Shown: positions 1 through 7,907 of the stretch, piece by piece | Layout of the letters: each line of letters begins with the position of its first letter | How positions within the stretch are numbered: position 1 is the first letter of the stretch | IMG/VR virus record: IMGVR_UViG_3300025012_000043 | Coordinates: 48,590-112,589 of that record | Reading direction: 5' to 3' (one strand) | DNA: 64,000 nucleotides | From: a virus | The notes under the pieces: generated by a model | Seen by the model: the letters and a program-made list of their open reading frames with translations, nothing else | Databases searched by the model: none | Told to the model about the DNA's origin: nothing | Translations under genes and position numbers: made by a program

Positions 1-582
1 AAGAAATGCAAACTCAAAAGTTGGAATTGCTTCTAATGATTTAATGGAGGGAAAATTCTTAGATTGATTGCTTATCATTCTACTATTATTAAACTTTGCT
101 TCAACAAATGGTAGATGAGCAAACAACACGAATTTTATACCCATCATTCTTAAATCATTACATTTAAACTCAAACCATTCAACCGTATTAGTCCTACGAT
201 GTACTTCCCACGGCAACATAACGGCAACAATATCATCTTTAATACGAAATGTTGATTGCATTGTATCATATAAAAATACATTACTATGCAAATCAAGTGT
301 TTTTATTTCACTTAATAAATTTCTATCATCTGACAAATCATGATTACCAGTTAATATATGAACTCTAGTCCAATAAGGGAATGACTCCAGGAATTTATGA
401 AATCTTAATTCTTCTGCTCCGCCTTTCTGTATATCTCTACGATGATAGATATCACCAAGCAACACAACATTCTCACATCCGTGCTCATTAACAAATTTAA
501 TAATTTTATCTAAACACTCATCGGTGTCACTAACCCATTGTGAATCTAAATGAATATCTCCGACTATTAAAACTTTGGACAT
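1..582 (-). CDS. SbcD/Mre11-like metallophosphoesterase nuclease (3'-truncated by window edge; not in ORF track)
   Basis: Manual translation from ATG at 582: MSKVLIVGDIHLD...LLGDIYH...LTGNHD...FAH. These are calcineurin-like motifs. The frame is open to position 1 and lies in the replication module. Confidence 0.85.
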   Translation of the reverse strand, partial: MSKVLIVGDIHLDSQWVSDTDECLDKIIKFVNEHGCENVVLLGDIYHRRDIQKGGAEELRFHKFLESFPYWTRVHILTGNHDLSDDRNLLSEIKTLDLHSNVFLYDTMQSTFRIKDDIVAVMLPWEVHRRTNTVEWFEFKCNDLRMMGIKFVLFAHLPFVEAKFNNSRMISNQSKNFPSIKSLEAIPTFEFAFL

Positions 583-1658
583 CAGGCTACCTCCCTAATT
601 TCTGACGCTACCTCACGATAGCTCTCGTGGCTGATCCCCAGCCCGGCAATAAGAGTGTTGATCGCAGCATTAACATCGCGATCATGAACCGTCCCACAAA
701 CGTTACACTCCCAGTACCTTACCTTCAAGCCTGATTTCCCTGTTGGACCAGAACGCGCCCCACAGGTAGAACAGGTCATGGTGGAAAACTTAGATGGCAC
801 TTCGATATACTCTCTACCGCCTGCACGGCATTTGTAAGAAAGCATTGATCGAAGTTGTCCGTGGGCAGCTGCTCCCACGGACTTGCCAAACCCTGAACGA
901 GCCAAACCACCCAAATTATCCTTACTAATCGCAATGACTTGATTCTTGGACACTAATTCACGAGATATCTTATGATTTCTGTCCTTGCGCTGATTCTTAA
1001 TCCTTTCATGAAGTCTAGCAACTTGTTTACGATTTATACCACGCTGGGCTTGGCCCAAACGGATTAAATTATTCTGTAATTCCTTGGGGTGTTCAATCTT
1101 TTCACCAGTTGAAAGTGTAAGTAAGGTAACATATCCAGGGTCTATACCAACCTGATCATCAGAAACATGAGGGATAACATTAGGTTGGGCATTTATATTT
1201 AAACACAAGTACCAGCCAGAAGCCCGTTTAATAATGCGGCCTGAATTTATCTTGCCTTCAGGGATATCCTGTTTATGGAATTTTACTAAACCTAGCAATG
1301 GCATTCTAACCCTATTATTTAGGGGTGGTTTAATGGGGTCTGGAAATGGGATAGAATTTAACTTATTTCGACGGCCCTTAAATCTTGGCTTCCTAGAAAT
1401 TTTCTTAAAACAACGTTGCCAAGATAACCAAGTTTGATCTAACATGCCCTGTATAGTATGGCTGGGGATGCCAAGTTTGCCACTATGGCCAGTGAGTAAA
1501 TTCTGAAATGTTTTTCGTGAATAATAAACCTTATCCCTGGCATCTAACTCAATTTTACGAATAGCCCAATTCCAGACAGAAGTAAGATGAAACAGCCAAG
1601 TATTTAACTGGGCCTCTTGAACCTTGGTTAACTTTAATTTACGTTGATATTGAATCAT
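582..1658 (-). CDS. tnpB: TnpB-family RNA-guided nuclease with atypical RuvC-II, no adjacent TnpA
   Basis: N-terminal HTH-like region, KPRFK, RuvC-I VGIDPG, Zn finger CSTC/CNVC, RuvC-III HDRDVNAAIN. The usual hhhEDL of RuvC-II reads IAISKDNL. Confidence 0.92.
   Translation of the reverse strand: MIQYQRKLKLTKVQEAQLNTWLFHLTSVWNWAIRKIELDARDKVYYSRKTFQNLLTGHSGKLGIPSHTIQGMLDQTWLSWQRCFKKISRKPRFKGRRNKLNSIPFPDPIKPPLNNRVRMPLLGLVKFHKQDIPEGKINSGRIIKRASGWYLCLNINAQPNVIPHVSDDQVGIDPGYVTLLTLSTGEKIEHPKELQNNLIRLGQAQRGINRKQVARLHERIKNQRKDRNHKISRELVSKNQVIAISKDNLGGLARSGFGKSVGAAAHGQLRSMLSYKCRAGGREYIEVPSKFSTMTCSTCGARSGPTGKSGLKVRYWECNVCGTVHDRDVNAAINTLIAGLGISHESYREVASEIREVA
587..645 (-). ncRNA. Putative 3' part of TnpB omega-RNA scaffold plus guide, overlapping the tnpB 3' end
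   Basis: Minus-strand hairpins GGCUG-GGGAU-CAGCC (643-629) and GCUAUC-GUGA-GGUAGC (622-607, GNRA loop), then GUCA (606-603). omega-RNAs typically overlap the tnpB 3' end. Boundaries are inferred. Confidence 0.45.
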
Positions 1659-1679
1659 TCTTATTTTATCGTAGTACTT

Positions 1680-1889
1680 TCATTTGTCGTTAAACGACAC
1701 ACGAATTTTAATGCCTTCTTTTTTACCTAAAGAAATTAATATATCAGCTAAATCTTTAAGTGCAAATTGAATTTGGTCATGTAAATGATACCCAGTTGGT
1801 TTATTACATTTCTCATTTATATATCTTTTCATAACATCTCGTACATCAACATTAACTTCAATATTTGTGGTGACTGATACCATTGTCAT
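1680..1889 (-). CDS. Hypothetical protein (69 aa) between dnaE and tnpB
   Basis: ORF with AGGGAG SD inside the dnaE 3' end. Confidence 0.6.
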   Translation of the reverse strand: MTMVSVTTNIEVNVDVRDVMKRYINEKCNKPTGYHLHDQIQFALKDLADILISLGKKEGIKIRVSFNDK

Positions 1890-1891
1890 GT

Positions 1892-4800
1892 CTACTCCCT
1901 AATTACCGCATATATAGTCTGCCCAACAATATCTGTTAACGCTTTGGCTATAGTATTATTCAATATATCGAGATTCACAATATCACCAACAACCTGCTTA
2001 ATTAACATCCCCTCCATTTTTGATGGTTGCTTCATAAACCCAAGATTCTTGATCTTAATACCATATTGTGGCAATATTGGTTTACCAATTAATGTAAGCC
2101 CCTTGCCACGCTTACTACTGTATTTTACTATTGCCTTCAAAATAACTGGCGCAAATTTTTTGGCTAATGATGTCTTAATACACCCATAATTCACTCCACT
2201 AATAATCTTGTCATCTAAGTCTTCCGTATTAACATTAATATTCCTATCATGACATCCCTCTCGATCTATTAAAGAAACTGACCCAAATTTATTCCATGTT
2301 TGATCTTTCTTTGGATATATAACCTCAATCCCATTATTAATCCCATATATATATACGACTGATTGTGTTGGTAATGCTAGTGCCTTAGTAAGGGAGATGG
2401 CACCAACTGAATCTGCTAATGCCTGATACAAATCCAATACTGGATCAACATCAAGAAGTCCTATAGTACCTGATTCATTTTCCAATATCTCAGCCGACTC
2501 ATACTCTTCTTGCTTAACAAACCATGGCATAGTAATCATATTATTTGGTAGATCTAAACTAATCTGCCCATTCTCCATTGCTTTTTTATAGGCTGGCTTG
2601 TCAAATGCCCCAGATTCATTATATTTAATTGTCGCAGTTTTAATAGCTATACTCTTAGTACGTACATATTTCTTAATCTCTTGTATGTTTTTAACGATAT
2701 CCTTCCTATTTAATGTGGGATCAAACAAAAACGCTCCAGCCAATGCTAATTGTGAAATCTGGTTAGATGGGACGCTTTTGTTACGATTAATAAAATCAGC
2801 AAAACATTTATATTCTCCATTCATCTCACGTTCTTTAATAACCACTTTAGCCGATGATTCACCGATTCCCTTCACAGAAGACAAGCCAATATAAATAGTA
2901 TCTTTGAAAGCAGAAAATACTAGTTTTGACTTATTAATATTTGGCCTAGAGATCTTAATCCCCAATTTCTTACAGTCCGCTATTATAATTGAATGCTGGT
3001 CTGAATCAGTCATTATAAGATTGGCGCACATAAATTCTGTAGGATAATTTGCCTTCAAATATGCGGTTATATAAGTAATAACACCATACGCCGCAGCATG
3101 AGCCTTCGGCCACATATACCTTGCTGATGGCTTAATAAGCCCAAATATATATTCAGCGAATTCTTTTGTTTTGCCAAATCTAATAGCACTAGTTATAAAT
3201 TTCTCACCCTCTTCGTCAATTTCTTTGACTAATTTTTTACCAACAACCTTGCGCAAATGATCGGCTTCGGCCATTGAATATCCAGCCACCCTACGTGCTA
3301 TTTCCATGATCTGTTCTTGAAATAACATCATATAATGTGTAGGCGCAAGAACATCATCAATACATGGGTCAATTTTTGTCGGTGGCATCAACCCATTTTT
3401 AGTTCTTATATATTTCTCAGCCATAGACATTTTGATTACTTCATCATATGCCAAGGCCCCTGGCCTATATAAAGCATTCATGGCTATGATATGCTCAAAT
3501 TCTGTAGGAATCAATCCTTTCATCATATTTGTAAACCCATCACTTTCAGCCTGGAAAACACGACACGTATTGCCATCTTGTAATAATTTAAACGTTTTCA
3601 TGTCATCAAGCGGAAGTGTATATGGGTCAATATTAACCCCGTGATTTTCTTTGATCAACTCACATGTGATCTTAATAATATCTAATGTTGTTAAGCCAAG
3701 CAAATCAAATTTAACCAGCCCTACCTTTGATGCGACATACATATCACACATAAGCGCTGTTTCTGACTCACTATTTACCTTAAATGTTGGTATTATATCA
3801 CTAAACCGATCTTTTGAAATAATAACTCCCGATGCATGGATAGACACCGATTTAGGATTACCAGATAATCCCATAGCAAAATCATACCAGCTTTTATCAA
3901 CACGTGGGGATTTAAAGGCTTTCATCTTCTCCATAGCAGATATGATACTCTCTTCTTCTCTTTTGGCGGTCTCTTCAAATAACTCCTTGGGTTCCAATTC
4001 ATCCAATGCCCCGAGATCTTTAATTAAATCATCTACTCGCCTACGATCTGGTTCTATTGCTCGGATGGCCTCACGAATAGCTAACTTAGTAGTCATATTA
4101 TTAAATGTTGCAATCTTAGATACCTTGTCAGCACCAAAGATTGATTGAACTATCTCAATTACTTCTGGCCGCCGCCGTTGTTCAAAATCAATATCAACAT
4201 CTGGAAGATCAATACGACTGGGATTTAAAAACCTTTCAAACATGAGTTTATATTTAATCGGATCTATACCAGAAATCCCGAGAGCAAACAATACAAGACT
4301 ACCAGCACTACTTCCCCGGCCCGGTCCAATCAAGATCCCTCTTTTACGCACTTCCTTAATAACAATACCAAGGATTAGAAAGTAAGAAGAAAAATTGAGT
4401 TTCGAAATAATCCCCAATTCATATTCTAATCTATCTTTGTACTCCTTGGTGGCAACCCCTCTAGTTTTAAGGCCCTCATAAGCAAGAGTCTTTAAATATT
4501 CATCATTGGTCTCTATGTTTGCAGGTAAGAACGACTTGGGTAATTCTGGCATATACTTACCCATTTTGAACTCTATATTATAATCTTCTAACTTTTCATA
4601 GATCTCCATGGTATTATCAAATGCTACCTTAGGAATATTTGACGCAAACTTCTCTAATTCACCACGAGTCTTCATATAATATTCAGCATTCAGAATAGCT
4701 GGCTTACTTATGTCGTCTGGAAATTCACCATATACTACCCCACGTTTTCTATCTAAAATATGTGTACCAAACTGAAGTGATAACAGTGCATCCTGAACTT

Positions 4801-5428
4801 CAGCATCACTTTTATTTAAATAATGAACATCATTAGTAATAATCGGCTTAATATGAAACTTTTCTGCCATTTCTAACATAACATCTACCCAACCAGCTTG
4901 CATTGGTACGCCGGTTTCCATGACTTCCACATAAAGGTCATCTTTAAAAATTGATTTTAAACGAGATACTGTGGCCACAGCCTCATCAGCTTTATCATTA
5001 TAAATGTCTCTAGCAATTAACCCGTGTAAACATGCAGTTGAACAGATAATGCCCTCACTAAATCTGGCAATAACATCTAATGACATTCTTGGCTTATAAT
5101 AAAAATATTCAAAAGCATCAGACACTATCTTTATTAAATTTTGATATCCAATACGATTCTTAGCGATTAAAACTATATGCCCAAGTTTCTCTCTACCTTC
5201 AAATTTCCTCTCTTTTGATACATACCCCTCAATGCCTATGCCGCACTTCAAATCAAACTCTTTGCAAGCCTCGTAAAATGGAATGGCACCAAACATTGTG
5301 CCATGGTCAGTTAAACAAGCCCCCTGAAACCCAAGCTTCTTGGTATGCTCTACTATTTTCTTAGGTGATGTGGTGCCGTCCATCAATGAATAAAATGAGT
5401 GCTGGTGGCAATGTATGAAATCTTGCAT
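1892..5428 (-). CDS. dnaE: DNA polymerase III alpha subunit (family C)
   Basis: PHP domain (HQHS, LTDHG, TNDVHY), GPGRGSSAGS, FERFLNP, PDVDIDF, HASG, KFDLLGL. Start reassigned to ATG 5428 (AAAGGA SD, directly after the upstream stop). Confidence 0.97.
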   Translation of the reverse strand: MQDFIHCHQHSFYSLMDGTTSPKKIVEHTKKLGFQGACLTDHGTMFGAIPFYEACKEFDLKCGIGIEGYVSKERKFEGREKLGHIVLIAKNRIGYQNLIKIVSDAFEYFYYKPRMSLDVIARFSEGIICSTACLHGLIARDIYNDKADEAVATVSRLKSIFKDDLYVEVMETGVPMQAGWVDVMLEMAEKFHIKPIITNDVHYLNKSDAEVQDALLSLQFGTHILDRKRGVVYGEFPDDISKPAILNAEYYMKTRGELEKFASNIPKVAFDNTMEIYEKLEDYNIEFKMGKYMPELPKSFLPANIETNDEYLKTLAYEGLKTRGVATKEYKDRLEYELGIISKLNFSSYFLILGIVIKEVRKRGILIGPGRGSSAGSLVLFALGISGIDPIKYKLMFERFLNPSRIDLPDVDIDFEQRRRPEVIEIVQSIFGADKVSKIATFNNMTTKLAIREAIRAIEPDRRRVDDLIKDLGALDELEPKELFEETAKREEESIISAMEKMKAFKSPRVDKSWYDFAMGLSGNPKSVSIHASGVIISKDRFSDIIPTFKVNSESETALMCDMYVASKVGLVKFDLLGLTTLDIIKITCELIKENHGVNIDPYTLPLDDMKTFKLLQDGNTCRVFQAESDGFTNMMKGLIPTEFEHIIAMNALYRPGALAYDEVIKMSMAEKYIRTKNGLMPPTKIDPCIDDVLAPTHYMMLFQEQIMEIARRVAGYSMAEADHLRKVVGKKLVKEIDEEGEKFITSAIRFGKTKEFAEYIFGLIKPSARYMWPKAHAAAYGVITYITAYLKANYPTEFMCANLIMTDSDQHSIIIADCKKLGIKISRPNINKSKLVFSAFKDTIYIGLSSVKGIGESSAKVVIKEREMNGEYKCFADFINRNKSVPSNQISQLALAGAFLFDPTLNRKDIVKNIQEIKKYVRTKSIAIKTATIKYNESGAFDKPAYKKAMENGQISLDLPNNMITMPWFVKQEEYESAEILENESGTIGLLDVDPVLDLYQALADSVGAISLTKALALPTQSVVYIYGINNGIEVIYPKKDQTWNKFGSVSLIDREGCHDRNINVNTEDLDDKIISGVNYGCIKTSLAKKFAPVILKAIVKYSSKRGKGLTLIGKPILPQYGIKIKNLGFMKQPSKMEGMLIKQVVGDIVNLDILNNTIAKALTDIVGQTIYAVIRE

Positions 5429-5429
5429 G

Positions 5430-6488
5430 TTATCCTTTCTTACTGTTTCTTCTTGCGTACACATTATTAAATATTACATCCATAGTTTCTGGTAATAAAG
5501 TACTGGTTATAATATTCAATTGTTTCTTTTCTATCGTATTCATGGCCTCCATAACCATTGATCTAATATTACCTGGAGCATGAATTAGTCCTGATATGGC
5601 ATTATACCAATCACGAGGCCGTTGCTCTTCTACTAATATACCATTTACACCATTAGTAATAACTTCTTGATATGGAACAATATTAGATGCCACTGTAACC
5701 GCACCAACCGCCGTATACTCTAACCATTTAATATTACTCTTACTCTTATTAAAAATATTGTGTTCAAGTGGTACTATACCAATATGTGGCTGAATAGATA
5801 CCAATGTTTGTAGATAGTCTTTAACTGGTAACCAAGGTATATACTTAATACGAGTATCATCCTTTAGCCCTGCTGGTATCCATCCCATAAAAAACAATTT
5901 AATCTTATCACCAAAGGTATCGAGTAACTTAATAATCGCTCCCTCTACACCCTTAAAATCATCAATATGTGAAGGCCCTCCAGCATATACTATGCGTATT
6001 TCTTTATCAACATTATATGGGCGCTGAGCAATAAAATTTTTGTCTAATTCAATCATATTAGGGATACAATAAATATTCCTATTATAACATTTCATTTGAT
6101 TCTTTAAAAATTCGGTAGAAACTATAACTGCATCCGCTGATTTCATAAAATTTCTAACATTTTGCTTAGCATTATTATCTATAAACTTATAGGCAGGATT
6201 TATGGGCCGTACATTAAAGAAATCATCATCAGTTTCATATCCCACTATTGCACCAGATTCCTTTGCGGCATTCCATAACGGTTTAACTTTGTCCTCAAAA
6301 TGCCTTTGGAATATAATCATATCATAACAATACATATCAGCTATCTGTAATTCAGTAGCACAAACTATATGATATATATCAGTATTTAATTGTAAATACC
6401 AGGCTGGTAACATACACCGATAGTTTCCACAGCCTTGCCGATCGGAAAGCGTATATAACAATTTTCTTTTATTTACTCGCTTCCTCAT
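5430..6488 (-). CDS. GT-B (GT4-like) glycosyltransferase
   Basis: GCGNYR, YETDDD, VSTEFL, GGPSH..D and PLEHNIFNKSKSNIKWLEY motifs, typical of phage GT-B proteins. Confidence 0.8.
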   Translation of the reverse strand: MRKRVNKRKLLYTLSDRQGCGNYRCMLPAWYLQLNTDIYHIVCATELQIADMYCYDMIIFQRHFEDKVKPLWNAAKESGAIVGYETDDDFFNVRPINPAYKFIDNNAKQNVRNFMKSADAVIVSTEFLKNQMKCYNRNIYCIPNMIELDKNFIAQRPYNVDKEIRIVYAGGPSHIDDFKGVEGAIIKLLDTFGDKIKLFFMGWIPAGLKDDTRIKYIPWLPVKDYLQTLVSIQPHIGIVPLEHNIFNKSKSNIKWLEYTAVGAVTVASNIVPYQEVITNGVNGILVEEQRPRDWYNAISGLIHAPGNIRSMVMEAMNTIEKKQLNIITSTLLPETMDVIFNNVYARRNSKKG

Positions 6489-7011
6489 CCTTCTTCTCCT
6501 CAGGCCATATATAATTAAGTATGGGCTCTATATCATCAGTAATATCTGTTGGTAATTTCTTTAACTGGGCCTTATCTACTACTGATAAACTTCCATCAAA
6601 CCCATTAAATGAATCGCCAGTCCAAAAACTAACAGTAAATTTTTGTGATGGCGAACTATCGGAACCAAGTGTAGCAATAATTTTAACCTTGTCCGTGTTT
6701 TTATATAATTTATTATTATTAGATAATTTCCATCCACGACCCAAAAGATGTATAAATATTTTTTCTTTCTCTATAACTAATACGGCTTTCTTAAATTGAA
6801 CAGTAGGTGGGGATGGTAATATTATAGAGGGGACTTCTTCCTTCTTAGATTGCTTAATAGACACCACTTTAACATCTTGTTTCCTAGATATTTTCTTATC
6901 TGTCTTCTTGCCCCTATGCTCTTCACATTTATCTAAATATGGATTAAATTTAGATTTCTCAAATACTATACCACATTGAACACACTTTTGCTGTATTTTG
7001 GATGGCGACAT
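6469..7011 (-). CDS. Hypothetical protein with N-terminal CxxC...CxxH Zn ribbon
   Basis: CVQC...CEEH; GGGGAG SD. Confidence 0.6.
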   Translation of the reverse strand: MSPSKIQQKCVQCGIVFEKSKFNPYLDKCEEHRGKKTDKKISRKQDVKVVSIKQSKKEEVPSIILPSPPTVQFKKAVLVIEKEKIFIHLLGRGWKLSNNNKLYKNTDKVKIIATLGSDSSPSQKFTVSFWTGDSFNGFDGSLSVVDKAQLKKLPTDITDDIEPILNYIWPEEKKDEEASK

Positions 7012-7034
7012 ATTCTCCCCATACGATTATTTAC

Positions 7035-7337
7035 TTATTTTATCGTATTAGTGGATTCATCTAAATACTGTGGTTTGATTGGTTTGTCTTCTGGGATCTC
7101 TTTATTCTTAAAAGCTTCCCAATTTAATACTGGCTTATTTAATGCTGCAACCATATACGACAAATCATTCTTTAATTCTTCTAATGTTTCACCATATGGT
7201 GACATATAATCCGTTGTAATGGCAGTAGGTACACCATCTTTATTATAATAAGTTTCATAAATAGCAAATTGCACATTCTCATTCAAACATTTGCCATGAT
7301 AAGTGCGCTTACGAACTACGCGGTAGTTCCATGACAT
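7035..7337 (-). CDS. Conserved phage hypothetical protein (WNYRV family)
   Basis: MSWNYRVV...IYETYY...GETLEEL..DL..M..AL.KPVL pattern seen in many phages; start moved to ATG 7337. Confidence 0.6.
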   Translation of the reverse strand: MSWNYRVVRKRTYHGKCLNENVQFAIYETYYNKDGVPTAITTDYMSPYGETLEELKNDLSYMVAALNKPVLNWEAFKNKEIPEDKPIKPQYLDESTNTIK

Positions 7338-7338
7338 A

Positions 7339-7786
7339 TTATTTAGTTTCCACATTAGGAGTTCCCTCAATAACATCAATCTCTAAATTAACAATTTGAA
7401 TAACGGCTTCCTTGTGTCTATTAATCATCTCACCCACAATACGTTGAAAATAGGGGTCAATCAATCCTAGTGTCTGAAAAATACTTACTTCGAATTCCTT
7501 GAACTTCTTGTCAATCTTTGCTTCCATCTCTACCATATGAACCCTCTCTTTTGATTCAGTCATTATTTTTACCCTCCTCGTGGGCTCCTGCCTTAGTTTT
7601 TGCCGTTGGTTTAATACTTAACAATGTTATTAACCTATCTAACTTTTCATTCGTACGTTGTAATTCTTTCATTTTTAAAACTTCTATCTGTATGCGGACT
7701 ATCCCCATCTTAGCATTTTCCATATAAACTTCTGGTGAGTCAATGTCATCAATACTACTAACATCCCAAAGATTTTTAGCGCTCAT
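7339..7786 (-). CDS. Two small hypothetical proteins (7339-7563, 7556-7786)
   Basis: Overlapping, SD-preceded ORFs in the operon. Confidence 0.55.
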
Positions 7787-7907
7787 TTATTCTCCTTTTT
7801 TAATAATGGGGTCTAATTTAATATTCACCTTATTCTTATTACGACTACGCTTATTGGATAAGCGTATATTGTACGGAGTCTTATATTTTGGATCGTCTTT
7901 AATCATT

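Noticed and set aside
582-1658. Cas12f/Cas14 effector or complete IS200/IS605/IS607 element
   Set aside because: No CRISPR repeats, no TnpA, and no room for a canonical left end.
7788-7906. 39-aa basic ORF after nrdJ as another HNH relic
   Set aside because: No Cys/His motif is retained, so the similarity is too weak.
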